24,551 nucleotides of DNA from Candidatus Iainarchaeum sp. (lineage in GTDB: Archaea; Iainarchaeota; Iainarchaeia; Iainarchaeales; Iainarchaeaceae): positions 1 through 24,551 of the forward strand of contig JAWANB010000006.1 of the NCBI GenBank assembly GCA_038895675.1, in the 5' to 3' direction. A program made the position numbers and the translations under genes. Every line of letters begins with the position of its first letter. The stretch's first letter is position 1. Below the pieces are notes generated by a model that saw only the letters and a program-made list of their open reading frames with translations, was not told the origin of the DNA and did not search any database. Positions 8,314 to 16,848 of the stretch are shown here, piece by piece.

Positions 8314-10011
8314 ATGTTCGAAGAAGCTAAAGTTGTTTTGGCAAAGGCGCTTTCAAAAACCAATTCAAGAACTGATTTTTTTAGTTTGCTTGAATGCCCT
8401 TACGACAGGTCTTTCGGAGACTTTGCTTTGCCTTGCTTTAAGCTTTCTCATGAAAAAAACCCTAATCAAACAGCTTTAGAATTGAAAGATAAATTGGTTT
8501 TGCCTAAAATTTTTAGGTCTTGTGAAGTCAAGGGACCTTACTTAAATTTTTTTTTCAACGAATTAGAAGTAGTTAAAAAAATTGTTCCAGCCATAATTTC
8601 CCAGAAAAGTGCTTATGGCAAGGCAAAAAGAAAAAGAGAAAGAATTATTGTAGAGTATTGCCAAGCAAATCCTATGAAAGCTTTTCATATTGGCCATACT
8701 CGTAATATTTGTTTGGGTGAAGCAATAGCAAAAATCTTCGAATACTTTGGCGAAAATGTTTTTAGAGTAAATTATTGTGGTGACGTTGGGCCTCACGTGA
8801 GCAAATCAATTTACGCTTATCGTTATCTTTCTCAAGAGCCAGAGCCTTTTTCTCTGGCAGAAAAAGAAAAGTGGCTAAACAAGTTGTATGCTTTGGGTGA
8901 AAAGGCTGTTTCGGAAGATAAAGCATTGCAAGAAAAGATGCGTGAAATGGTTGTTTTGCTTGAAAAAGGCGATAAAGATTTGAAAAAAGATTGGCTCTAC
9001 TTGCGTTCTATTAGCTTTGATTGTTTCAATAGAATTTTTGAACAGCTTGGAACAAGGTTTGACAAAATCATTTGCGAAAGCGAAGTTGAGAAAGAAGGAA
9101 TAAAAATTGCTTTAGACCTTGAAAAGCAAGGCTTTGCAAAAAGAGATCAAGGCGCAATTATTGTGGATTTAGAGTCTTATGGTTTAGGCAAGTTTTTGAT
9201 TTTAAAGAGTGATGGCGCTGCCCTGTATTCTACAAAAGACATAGCTCTCGCCAAGCTTAAAAAAACAGAGTTAAACGCAATTAAGTCTTACAACATAGTA
9301 GGTTCAGAACAATCTTTTTACTTTAAGCAGTTGATCAAAACTATAGAGCTTCTCAACCAAATTAAGAAAGATTATTGTGAAACCATTCATTTGCCTTACG
9401 AGTTAGTAAACGTTGAAGGAGCCAAAATGTCTTCTAGATTAGGCAACGTCATAACTTATACTGACTTGTTTGAAACGATTTTTAACAAAACTTTGGAAGA
9501 AACAAAAGCAAGGCATTCTGATTGGCCTAACGAAAAAGTTTTTAATGTTGCTGAAAAAATAGCTTTGGCTGCTTTAAAGTATGGAATGCTTTCACAAGAT
9601 AGAAACAAAACTTTGGTTTTCAATTGGGAAAAAGCTATAAAAATGGAAGGAGAAACAGGGCCTTTCATATTGTATAGTTATGCAAGAGCTTCAAGTATTT
9701 TGCGAAAAAAAAGTTTTGATTCTTTGCCAAAAAAATTTGTGCTTGAAACAAAAGCGGAAAAAGACTTGGTTGTTTTGTTGGCAAAACTTGATTTTGTTGT
9801 AAAACAAGCTTATGATTATAAAGCGCCTAACAAGTTAGCTCAGTATTTGATTGACTTGAGCAAGTCTTTCAATGCTTTTTATAGAGATTCTCCTGTTTTG
9901 TCTTGTGAAGGTGACCAATTGAAAACTAGGCTTTCTTTGGTTTATGCTACCACATTAATGCTTGAATTAGGTTGTAGTTTGCTAAACATTTCTTTGGTTG
10001 AAGAAATGTAA
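8314..10011 (+). CDS. argS: Arginyl-tRNA synthetase
   Basis: FGDFALPCF, VEYCQANPMKAFHIGHTRN, KSDGAALYSTKDIA, KMSSRLG, GETGPFILYSYAR. Confidence 0.97.
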   Translation: MFEEAKVVLAKALSKTNSRTDFFSLLECPYDRSFGDFALPCFKLSHEKNPNQTALELKDKLVLPKIFRSCEVKGPYLNFFFNELEVVKKIVPAIISQKSAYGKAKRKRERIIVEYCQANPMKAFHIGHTRNICLGEAIAKIFEYFGENVFRVNYCGDVGPHVSKSIYAYRYLSQEPEPFSLAEKEKWLNKLYALGEKAVSEDKALQEKMREMVVLLEKGDKDLKKDWLYLRSISFDCFNRIFEQLGTRFDKIICESEVEKEGIKIALDLEKQGFAKRDQGAIIVDLESYGLGKFLILKSDGAALYSTKDIALAKLKKTELNAIKSYNIVGSEQSFYFKQLIKTIELLNQIKKDYCETIHLPYELVNVEGAKMSSRLGNVITYTDLFETIFNKTLEETKARHSDWPNEKVFNVAEKIALAALKYGMLSQDRNKTLVFNWEKAIKMEGETGPFILYSYARASSILRKKSFDSLPKKFVLETKAEKDLVVLLAKLDFVVKQAYDYKAPNKLAQYLIDLSKSFNAFYRDSPVLSCEGDQLKTRLSLVYATTLMLELGCSLLNISLVEEM

Positions 10012-10039
10012 TAACAAGATTCTTTTCACGTGTTATCTT

Positions 10040-10870
10040 TCATTTTAAAAAAATGTGTCTGCTAGTAGGCAACCTTCTAAGTCTCCATAGGTTTCTTCCT
10101 GTATGTAAAGCCTCTAAATCAGCGAGTAGTTGAAGCCTATGTTCTGCTGAAAATTTTGAAAAAACACGTTCTACAGGTTTTCTTTTAAACGGAAAACTAA
10201 ATTGAAAAAATTTTGGCACTTCTTTTCTTAAAGGATATAAAAATTTCAAAGAGTCAGTCGTGAATAGTCTTGGAACTTCAAATTCACGTATTTTTTTTCT
10301 TGTTTTCAGAGAAAGGTAAGCAGGGCATCTTTGTTTTCTTGCATCGGCAATCGCTACTATGCTCAAAACAATATTGTCTAAATTTCTTTCTTTAATAATA
10401 CTTTCAAGAAGTTTTATACCTTGAACTAAGGCGCCGCCACTATAAACTTCATCTATAAATATGATTTTGATTTTTTTCTTACGTTTGTTTTTTGAATTAG
10501 CCAATGTAAGTATTTTGTCAATAATTCTATTCATTTCTCTTTTTTGTTCTTTTTCTGGAATAGAAGTTTGGTATGATGATACTACTCTATTTACCTTTTT
10601 AGAAGGAACATTACTATTTATTTGTCCTGTTTTCGGGTAATAAATGCGGGGCATTAAGCTTGAATTTTTGTTAAGGCTTGCAAATAAGTTTATGGTTTTT
10701 ATGAGAATTTCAGAACCTCTTAAAGGAGAAATAATTGCATCAGCTTGCTGTGAAATAATATAAATATATGCTGAATAAAGCTCCTTGTAATATCCTTGTA
10801 GTTCTTCAATAGTGTAACCTTCTTTTTGAAACTTTCTATATTCTTTTTTGTTGACTCTCATCGATTCCAT
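10040..10870 (-). CDS. Type I phosphoribosyltransferase-like protein
   Basis: PRPP-binding-loop-like IIFIDEVYSGGAL and N-terminal DAIISPLRGSEIL; otherwise divergent. Confidence 0.55.
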   Translation of the reverse strand: MESMRVNKKEYRKFQKEGYTIEELQGYYKELYSAYIYIISQQADAIISPLRGSEILIKTINLFASLNKNSSLMPRIYYPKTGQINSNVPSKKVNRVVSSYQTSIPEKEQKREMNRIIDKILTLANSKNKRKKKIKIIFIDEVYSGGALVQGIKLLESIIKERNLDNIVLSIVAIADARKQRCPAYLSLKTRKKIREFEVPRLFTTDSLKFLYPLRKEVPKFFQFSFPFKRKPVERVFSKFSAEHRLQLLADLEALHTGRNLWRLRRLPTSRHIFLK

Positions 10871-10881
10871 ATTTGTATCTT

Positions 10882-12879
10882 TTAAAAATCTTTTTTAATG
10901 GCTTTGTTTATGACTATTAAAAGTGTTATTATGCTTATCAAGTAAGATATTATTTCGTAGTTGGTTTTTTCATAACTCAATTCTACTTCTCCTTTTGCAA
11001 AAAACATCATGAAGTTTGGTGCTGCTCTGTAAATATTTATTTCTTTTCCTTCTTGTTTTGCTTTCCAATTTGGGAAATAAGAAATTTTTGCAAGCACTGG
11101 AACTTCTTTTTCAGATTCAATAAATATTTTGTACTTGTCACCTCTTTTGTTTTCTTCTATTATAGTTATTTTTGTTTCAGTGTTTTCTTGCTTTGTTTGT
11201 TGCAATTCTTTCGGCAAATTTTGGATTGGTAATGTATTTATTATTTCTTCTGATAAAAACCAATTGACTGTTTTGTTTTTCCATTCTTGCGTGTCAACTT
11301 TTATTAGTTCTTTTGTTGGAACTTCAAAAATCTTAGAGTCTGAAACCTTGTATAATGAGTATTCTACTTCTTTAGGCCCTTCAGTGTATTCGTTGTTTAC
11401 TTCTGTTTTTAAGACGTCTTTTGTTTTTTTCCAACTTTCTGCATGTTGTTCTGCTGAAATTATGTAATTTATGCCTAAGGCTTCTAATTGCCATGGCATT
11501 AGTTTCATTAGTTTTTCTTTGTTATCAATGACAAATTGTTTGTCTACGCTTACTCCCCAGTCAAAGTTAGTTTCGTCTAATTCTTTTTCAAGGTAGAACA
11601 CAAAGACAGAATTTCTTGACGATTCGCTGTAAATTCCTCTTACTGCTACATTGTTGCATTGCATTGGTATTGCATGTTGTATTTCGTGTGGAGTTTGTGC
11701 AGTTGTTGGTGGTGCGTTTATTAGCGTTCTTGTATTTTCTGGCGGACAATTTTGTTTTATGGTTTCTAAATCGTATCTTGTTAATTTTGAGTATCCTTCT
11801 GGAGAATAGTATTGCACGTTGAAGATTACTATTAGAAAATAGATTGTTGTTGCAAATGCTATTGCTTTATGATCTAATTTTATTATGCTGAAAAAAATTG
11901 GCGGCAATAGTAAGAGTATTATTATTGTGAACCTGTAGAAGTGTGTTGGTATGTCAATTATGCTAGTGCCTATTATTGAAAATACTAAAATAAGAGCGAT
12001 TGTTGTTATTGTTGGGTAAATTGCTTTATTTTTTTGTGATATTGCTATTGCTAAAACTACTAAAAAAAGGCCTAATAACATTGTTGCATCTTCTATGCTT
12101 CCTATTCTTGCTATTTCTGCTTCTTCTCTTGTTATTATTGCAGGGATCCACCAAAAAGCGGTTATTAGAGCGCCAATTATGAATTGTTTTATTGTTGGTT
12201 CTATTTTTTCTTTTTCTTTTATTGAGTAGATTATTAAGTGCGAGATTGTTGCTATTATGCCTATGATTGCTGTGAGTGGGTGGGTTATTATTAGTAAGCC
12301 TAAAAGCAACGCTTGTTTTATGTAGTTTTCTTTTTGGATTTTTGCTAATTCTCCCAAGTAAAAGAATAGTATTGGTAATGCTACAGCATTAGCTATTAAT
12401 CCTGTGCCTAATGTTGAGTAAAGGTCTCCGCCGTAGCTTTTTGGTGGGGCTATTATTAGTAGTGATGTCATGATGAGTGTTGAGGCTAATGCAGAATTTT
12501 GTTTTAGGCCTATCGACTTACTGAAATGGTAAAATGCTATTGGTGTTAGTATTATGAAAATGCTTAGTGCTATTTTGAATGCAATGTCTATGGGTATTAT
12601 TTGTGCTATGGTTGCTACTAAGTATGGGAAAAACGGGCCATAAAAATAGTTTTGCGGATAACCAAAGAAGAAGAATTTGTTCCAGCCTGTTATTTCAGGG
12701 TATAAATAGTTTTTTGTGTGCCATGCTGAAAAGTACATTCCTGTCATGTCGTAATTTAAGAGGTTATTGTGTTGTATGAATGGTATTATTGCCCAAAAAA
12801 ACAGGTAAAAGTAAATGGCTGAAAAGACCATTATTTTTACAAAATTGTCTTTTTTTTCTTCTGTTTTTTTTTGCTTCAT
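10882..12879 (-). CDS. Polytopic membrane protein, GT-C-like (6-pyruvoyl-tetrahydropterin synthase-related/YfhO-like)
   Basis: DMTGMY..GWNKFFFFGYPQNYFYGP, ITHPLT, ITAFWWIP, C-terminal KISYFPNWKA..IYRAAPNFM; ATGA overlap with the upstream gene. Confidence 0.75.
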   Translation of the reverse strand: MKQKKTEEKKDNFVKIMVFSAIYFYLFFWAIIPFIQHNNLLNYDMTGMYFSAWHTKNYLYPEITGWNKFFFFGYPQNYFYGPFFPYLVATIAQIIPIDIAFKIALSIFIILTPIAFYHFSKSIGLKQNSALASTLIMTSLLIIAPPKSYGGDLYSTLGTGLIANAVALPILFFYLGELAKIQKENYIKQALLLGLLIITHPLTAIIGIIATISHLIIYSIKEKEKIEPTIKQFIIGALITAFWWIPAIITREEAEIARIGSIEDATMLLGLFLVVLAIAISQKNKAIYPTITTIALILVFSIIGTSIIDIPTHFYRFTIIILLLLPPIFFSIIKLDHKAIAFATTIYFLIVIFNVQYYSPEGYSKLTRYDLETIKQNCPPENTRTLINAPPTTAQTPHEIQHAIPMQCNNVAVRGIYSESSRNSVFVFYLEKELDETNFDWGVSVDKQFVIDNKEKLMKLMPWQLEALGINYIISAEQHAESWKKTKDVLKTEVNNEYTEGPKEVEYSLYKVSDSKIFEVPTKELIKVDTQEWKNKTVNWFLSEEIINTLPIQNLPKELQQTKQENTETKITIIEENKRGDKYKIFIESEKEVPVLAKISYFPNWKAKQEGKEINIYRAAPNFMMFFAKGEVELSYEKTNYEIISYLISIITLLIVINKAIKKDF

Positions 12880-13433
12880 TTGATTACCCTTTTGTCAGTT
12901 ATTATCATGTCCATTCTTATGTCGTGATTTTCTTTTTTTATTTTTTTTATTATTTGGAAGTCATAAGCTATTGCTATTTTTTTTGCTTTTATTTTGTGTT
13001 TTGAAAAAAATTTGTCGTAATAGCCTTTCCCTGATCCTATTCTGTGCAAGTCTTTTGTAAACGCGATTCCAGGTATTATAAATAATTCTATTTTTTTGGG
13101 GTTTGTTTTTCTGCCTTTTTTTGGTTCTTTTATTCCTACTTTGTTTTTTTTGAATTGTGTTTTTTCTTTTATTTGTACAAAAACTATGCCGTTTGTTGTC
13201 ATTTTTGGTACATAAACTTTTTTTCCTTGTTCAAGTAGCCATTTTTTCAATTTTCGTGTTTTTACTTCGTTGTTGTAGTCAAGGTAAATGGCTATTTTTT
13301 TTGCTTTTTTTATTTCTGGCAACTTTTTTAATTTTTGAATTATTTTGTTTGAGAGTTTTTCTACTTGTGTTTTTCTGATTTTTTGTCTTTCTTTCTTTAT
13401 TGTAGTTCTGTAATATTTTTTTTCCTTTGTCAA
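12876..13433 (-). CDS. ygfA: 5-formyltetrahydrofolate cyclo-ligase
   Basis: NEVKT, GKKVYVP, GIKEP, IIPGIAF..RIGSGKGYYDKF, HDIRMDMIIT; TTG start preceded by GAGG. Confidence 0.93.
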   Translation of the reverse strand: MTKEKKYYRTTIKKERQKIRKTQVEKLSNKIIQKLKKLPEIKKAKKIAIYLDYNNEVKTRKLKKWLLEQGKKVYVPKMTTNGIVFVQIKEKTQFKKNKVGIKEPKKGRKTNPKKIELFIIPGIAFTKDLHRIGSGKGYYDKFFSKHKIKAKKIAIAYDFQIIKKIKKENHDIRMDMIITDKRVIK

Positions 13434-13446
13434 GTTTTTGCCTCAT

Positions 13447-14712
13447 CTATTTTAGTCCTTTTTTTCCTATGTCTGTTCTATAGTATATTCCTTCAAAGTT
13501 TATTTGGCTGGCTCCAGTGTAGGCGTTTTCTATTGCTTGTTTTAGAGTTTTGCCAACGCCTGTTATGCCTAATACTCTGCCTCCTGTTGTTATTATTTCA
13601 TTGTTTTCTTTTTTTGTGCCTGCGTGAAAAACTATGATGTTTTCAAACGCGCTTGCGTTTTTTAATCCAGTTATTTTTTTTCCTGTTTCATACTTTCCCG
13701 GGTAACCCTTTGAGGCTAAGACAACACAGCATGCGTTTTCGTTTTTCCATTTTATTTGTGTTTTGTCCAATTTTTCTGTAATGCATGCTTCTATTATTTC
13801 TATTATGTCTGTTTCAAGTAGTGGTAGTATTGCTTGTGTTTCTGGGTCTCCGAACCTTGCGTTGAATTCTAAAACTTTAAAGTCTTGGTTTTTTATCATT
13901 AGTCCTGCGTAAAGCACTCCTTTGTATTTATTGCCTTGTTTTTTCATTTCGTTTAGTATTGGTTTGAAGATTTTTTCTAAGTACTCTTTTTCTTTTCCTT
14001 GTGCTATTGGTGCTGGAGCATATGCTCCCATGCCTCCTGTGTTAGGTCCTTTGTCGTTATCGTATATTCTTTTGTGGTCTTGGCTTGGTGGCATTATTTT
14101 TGCTGTGTTGCCGTCGCAAAAGGCTAGTACGCTTGCTTCTTCTCCTTCCAATAGTTCTTCTATCACTATTTTTTCTCCTGCTTTTCCGTAAAATTGTTCT
14201 TGTTTTAGTGTTTTTATTGCTTCTATTATTTCTTTTTGGTTTTTGCAAATTATTACTCCTTTTCCTTGTGCTAACCCGTCTGCTTTGACAGCTGCTCCTT
14301 TTTCAAATTCGTTTATTATTTTTTCAGCTTCTTGTATAGTGCTTATTGTTTTGTGTTTTGCTGTTGGTACTTTTGCTTTTTCCATTATTTCTTTTGCAAA
14401 GCTTTTTGAGCCTTCTAATTTAGCTGCTTTTGAGTTTGGCCCAAAGGCTTTTATGCCTTGTTTTTCTAGTTCTTCAACTATTCCTAAGACTAATGGTGCT
14501 TCAGGGCCTATTATTGCTAAATCTATTTTATTGTTTTTTGCAAATTCTATTATGCTATTTATGTCTTCGGATTTTATTGGCACGTTTTCTGCTATTTCTG
14601 CAGTTCCTGCGTTTCCTGGTAAGCAATAAATTTTGTCTACTTTTTTGCTTTGTTTTACTTTCCAACAAATAGCGTGTTCTCTTCCACCGGAGCCTATTAT
14701 AAGGACTTTCAT
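13447..14712 (-). CDS. purD: Phosphoribosylamine-glycine ligase
   Basis: GSGGREHA, GPEAPL, LEGSK, KADGLAQGKGV, QDHKR..GPNTGGMGAY, EFNARFGDPETQ. Confidence 0.98.
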   Translation of the reverse strand: MKVLIIGSGGREHAICWKVKQSKKVDKIYCLPGNAGTAEIAENVPIKSEDINSIIEFAKNNKIDLAIIGPEAPLVLGIVEELEKQGIKAFGPNSKAAKLEGSKSFAKEIMEKAKVPTAKHKTISTIQEAEKIINEFEKGAAVKADGLAQGKGVIICKNQKEIIEAIKTLKQEQFYGKAGEKIVIEELLEGEEASVLAFCDGNTAKIMPPSQDHKRIYDNDKGPNTGGMGAYAPAPIAQGKEKEYLEKIFKPILNEMKKQGNKYKGVLYAGLMIKNQDFKVLEFNARFGDPETQAILPLLETDIIEIIEACITEKLDKTQIKWKNENACCVVLASKGYPGKYETGKKITGLKNASAFENIIVFHAGTKKENNEIITTGGRVLGITGVGKTLKQAIENAYTGASQINFEGIYYRTDIGKKGLK

Positions 14713-14824
14713 ATTTTATGCTTTTATTAGTTTGTGATTAAAAATTTGTCTGTTTTTTTTGTTAGTTCGTTTAAAACTATTTTTTTTAGGTAGGTTTTTA
14801 TTTTTTCTTATGGTTTAGTTGCTT

Positions 14825-16393
14825 ATGTCCGGAGAGGCAAAAGAAGAGTGCGGTATTGCTGCTGCTTTTTTACCAAAGCCTCTTGATAATTATCCTAATG
14901 GTGGTGCTGCTTTTTACCTTTACAAGATGCTTTTGCAAATGCAGAACAGGGGTCAACTTTCTGCAGGAATAACCACGTATAATGCAAAAAGACAGCAGTT
15001 GATTGATACTTGGCGTAAACTTGGTTCTATTTCTGAAGTTTTTGCTACCAAGTCGAGGCATGATGCTTTGTCGATAATGGAGCGTTATGCTGGCAATAAG
15101 GGTATTGGGCATACGAGGTATAGTACTTCAGGTTCTGACGATGAGGGTTCTGCTCAGCCTTTTGAGAGGCATCATGGCAGAAAGTGGAAGTGGTTTTCTT
15201 TTGCTTTTAATGGTAACATTGCTAATTTTTCAGAATTAAAGGCCCAACTTGAAAAGAAGCAGTATCATTTAGTTAGAAATCTTGACACTGAATTGATTTT
15301 GCATTTTCTTGAGAAGGAGCAGTTAGGTGAAAAGAAGAAGCATCCTGATCAAGTGTTCAATAGGTTGACTGAAATATTTGATGGTGCTTATAATATAGTT
15401 TATATTAATGCTGAAGGCACTTTGGCTGCCATGCGTGATCCTTTAGGTATAAGGCCTATGTGTTATACTGCTTCGGATTCTTTTGTTGGTGCTGCTTCTG
15501 AGAGCGTTGCTCTTGAAAATGTTTGCGATAATGGCGTTAAGGATTTAAGGCCTGGCGAAGTTCTAATAGTTGAAAATGATTCTGTAGAATTAAAGCGTTA
15601 TGCTAAAAGTCCTCGTAATGCCCATTGCATGTTTGAGTGGGTTTACTTTGCTAATGCTGCTTCTATTATTGAGGGCAAGTCTGTTTACCATGTGAGGTGG
15701 AAACTTGGTGAAGAATTGGCTAAACAAGAATTTTTGAATGTCAATAGCAATGATTGGCTTGTTGTTGCTGTTCCTGATACTGCAAGGCCTGCTGCTGACG
15801 CTTATGCTCATGCTTTAGGCGTTCCTGCAATGGAGGGCTTTATTAGGAACAGGTATGTTGGAAGGACTTTTATTGAGAGTTCTGATAGGCTTGAGAAAGT
15901 CAAGGAAAAGTTTTATGTGAACAAGTCAGTGTTGAATGGCAAAAAGGTCATTTTGATTGATGACTCTATAGTCAGAGGTACTACTTCAAAGGCTTTGGTT
16001 GATTATTTGAAATTGAAGGCTAATGTTAAGGAATTGCATATGCGTGTTACTTGTCCGCCAATAAGGAGTCCTTGTTTTTACGGCATTGACATGTCAACAA
16101 TAGGCGAGTTGATAGTTAATAGGTGTTCTAATAAAGATCAAATAAGGGAAGTAGGTTGGTTTGATATTGACCAAAAAATAGTTGATAAGATTGCTAAGGA
16201 AATTGGTGTTGATAGTTTAAAGTACATGACTTTGGATGGGTTGGTAAAATGCATAGGTCTTGAGAAAGGTAAGAATGATTTATGCACTGCTTGTCTTACT
16301 GGGCAATACCCTACAGAGTGGGGTCAAAAATTGAGGGTTAAGGCGATTGAGCGTTATGAAAGAGGTCTTGAAGTTAAAAGGACTTATGAGTGA
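14825..16393 (+). CDS. purF: Amidophosphoribosyltransferase (propeptide, Fe-S type)
   Basis: EECGI propeptide junction, QNRGQ, GHTRYST, DDSIVRGTT, PCFYGID, CTACLTG. ATG at 14825. Confidence 0.97.
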   Translation: MSGEAKEECGIAAAFLPKPLDNYPNGGAAFYLYKMLLQMQNRGQLSAGITTYNAKRQQLIDTWRKLGSISEVFATKSRHDALSIMERYAGNKGIGHTRYSTSGSDDEGSAQPFERHHGRKWKWFSFAFNGNIANFSELKAQLEKKQYHLVRNLDTELILHFLEKEQLGEKKKHPDQVFNRLTEIFDGAYNIVYINAEGTLAAMRDPLGIRPMCYTASDSFVGAASESVALENVCDNGVKDLRPGEVLIVENDSVELKRYAKSPRNAHCMFEWVYFANAASIIEGKSVYHVRWKLGEELAKQEFLNVNSNDWLVVAVPDTARPAADAYAHALGVPAMEGFIRNRYVGRTFIESSDRLEKVKEKFYVNKSVLNGKKVILIDDSIVRGTTSKALVDYLKLKANVKELHMRVTCPPIRSPCFYGIDMSTIGELIVNRCSNKDQIREVGWFDIDQKIVDKIAKEIGVDSLKYMTLDGLVKCIGLEKGKNDLCTACLTGQYPTEWGQKLRVKAIERYERGLEVKRTYE

Positions 16394-16427
16394 ATTAATA
16401 ATTTTTTTGAATTTAAAAAAAAGAGTT

Positions 16428-16455
16428 TGCCTTTGCATTTTTTTTGGCAAAGGCA
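16428..16455. terminator. Hairpin between convergent purF and the small-ORF pair
   Basis: TGCCTTTGC (16428-16436) / GCAAAGGCA (16447-16455), 9-bp stem near T/A runs. Confidence 0.5.
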
Positions 16456-16470
16456 TTCAAATTTAGTGTT

Positions 16471-16647
16471 TTAGTATTCTCTTGGTTGGTCGTGTGCAGA
16501 GCCTTTTGAAATGTATTCGTCTTTACAATCCATGCTACAAAATCTTCTTCCGTAAAGCCCTGGCATAGGGTCTACTATTATTCTTCCGCAGTTCATGCAT
16601 CTAAGTTCTGGGGTAGCATAATTAGTTGTTCTTCTAACACCCACCAT
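16471..16647 (-). CDS. 58-aa TRASH/zf-FCS-like Zn-finger miniprotein
   Basis: MVGVRRTTNYATPELRCMNCGRIIVDPMPGLYGRRFCSMDCKDEY...; CxxCG..FCSxxC; SD-like GGTGA just upstream of ATG 16647. The ORF-track start at 16773 is probably too long. Confidence 0.8.
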   Translation of the reverse strand: MVGVRRTTNYATPELRCMNCGRIIVDPMPGLYGRRFCSMDCKDEYISKGSAHDQPREY

Positions 16648-16663
16648 TTTCTCACCTTTTTTT

Positions 16664-16732
16664 TTATTCACAGCAACAACAACATTCTTTGTTGTCTTTT
16701 TCTTTGTTTGTTTTTTGTTTTTTTTCTGCCAT
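16664..16732 (-). CDS. 22-aa poly-cysteine peptide MAEKKQKTNKEKDNKECCCCCE
   Basis: ATG at 16732 preceded by GGGAGGG SD-like motif; codons TGT TGT TGT TGC TGT GAA TAA; stop 16 nt before the next start. Confidence 0.65.
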   Translation of the reverse strand: MAEKKQKTNKEKDNKECCCCCE

Positions 16733-16848
16733 GTGTTTCCCTCCCTACCACCCTTATTTATGAGTAATGGCAAAAAATTAGTGTGGTGATTTGCTTTTAA
16801 TTATAATCAAAGCCGATTTTTTGGCGTCTAAAAGGCTTTTTTTTAGTT

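Noticed and set aside
16648..16773. N-terminal extension of the 100-aa ORF
   Set aside because: Runs through two SD motifs and the Cys peptide in another frame; two small ORFs explain the region better.
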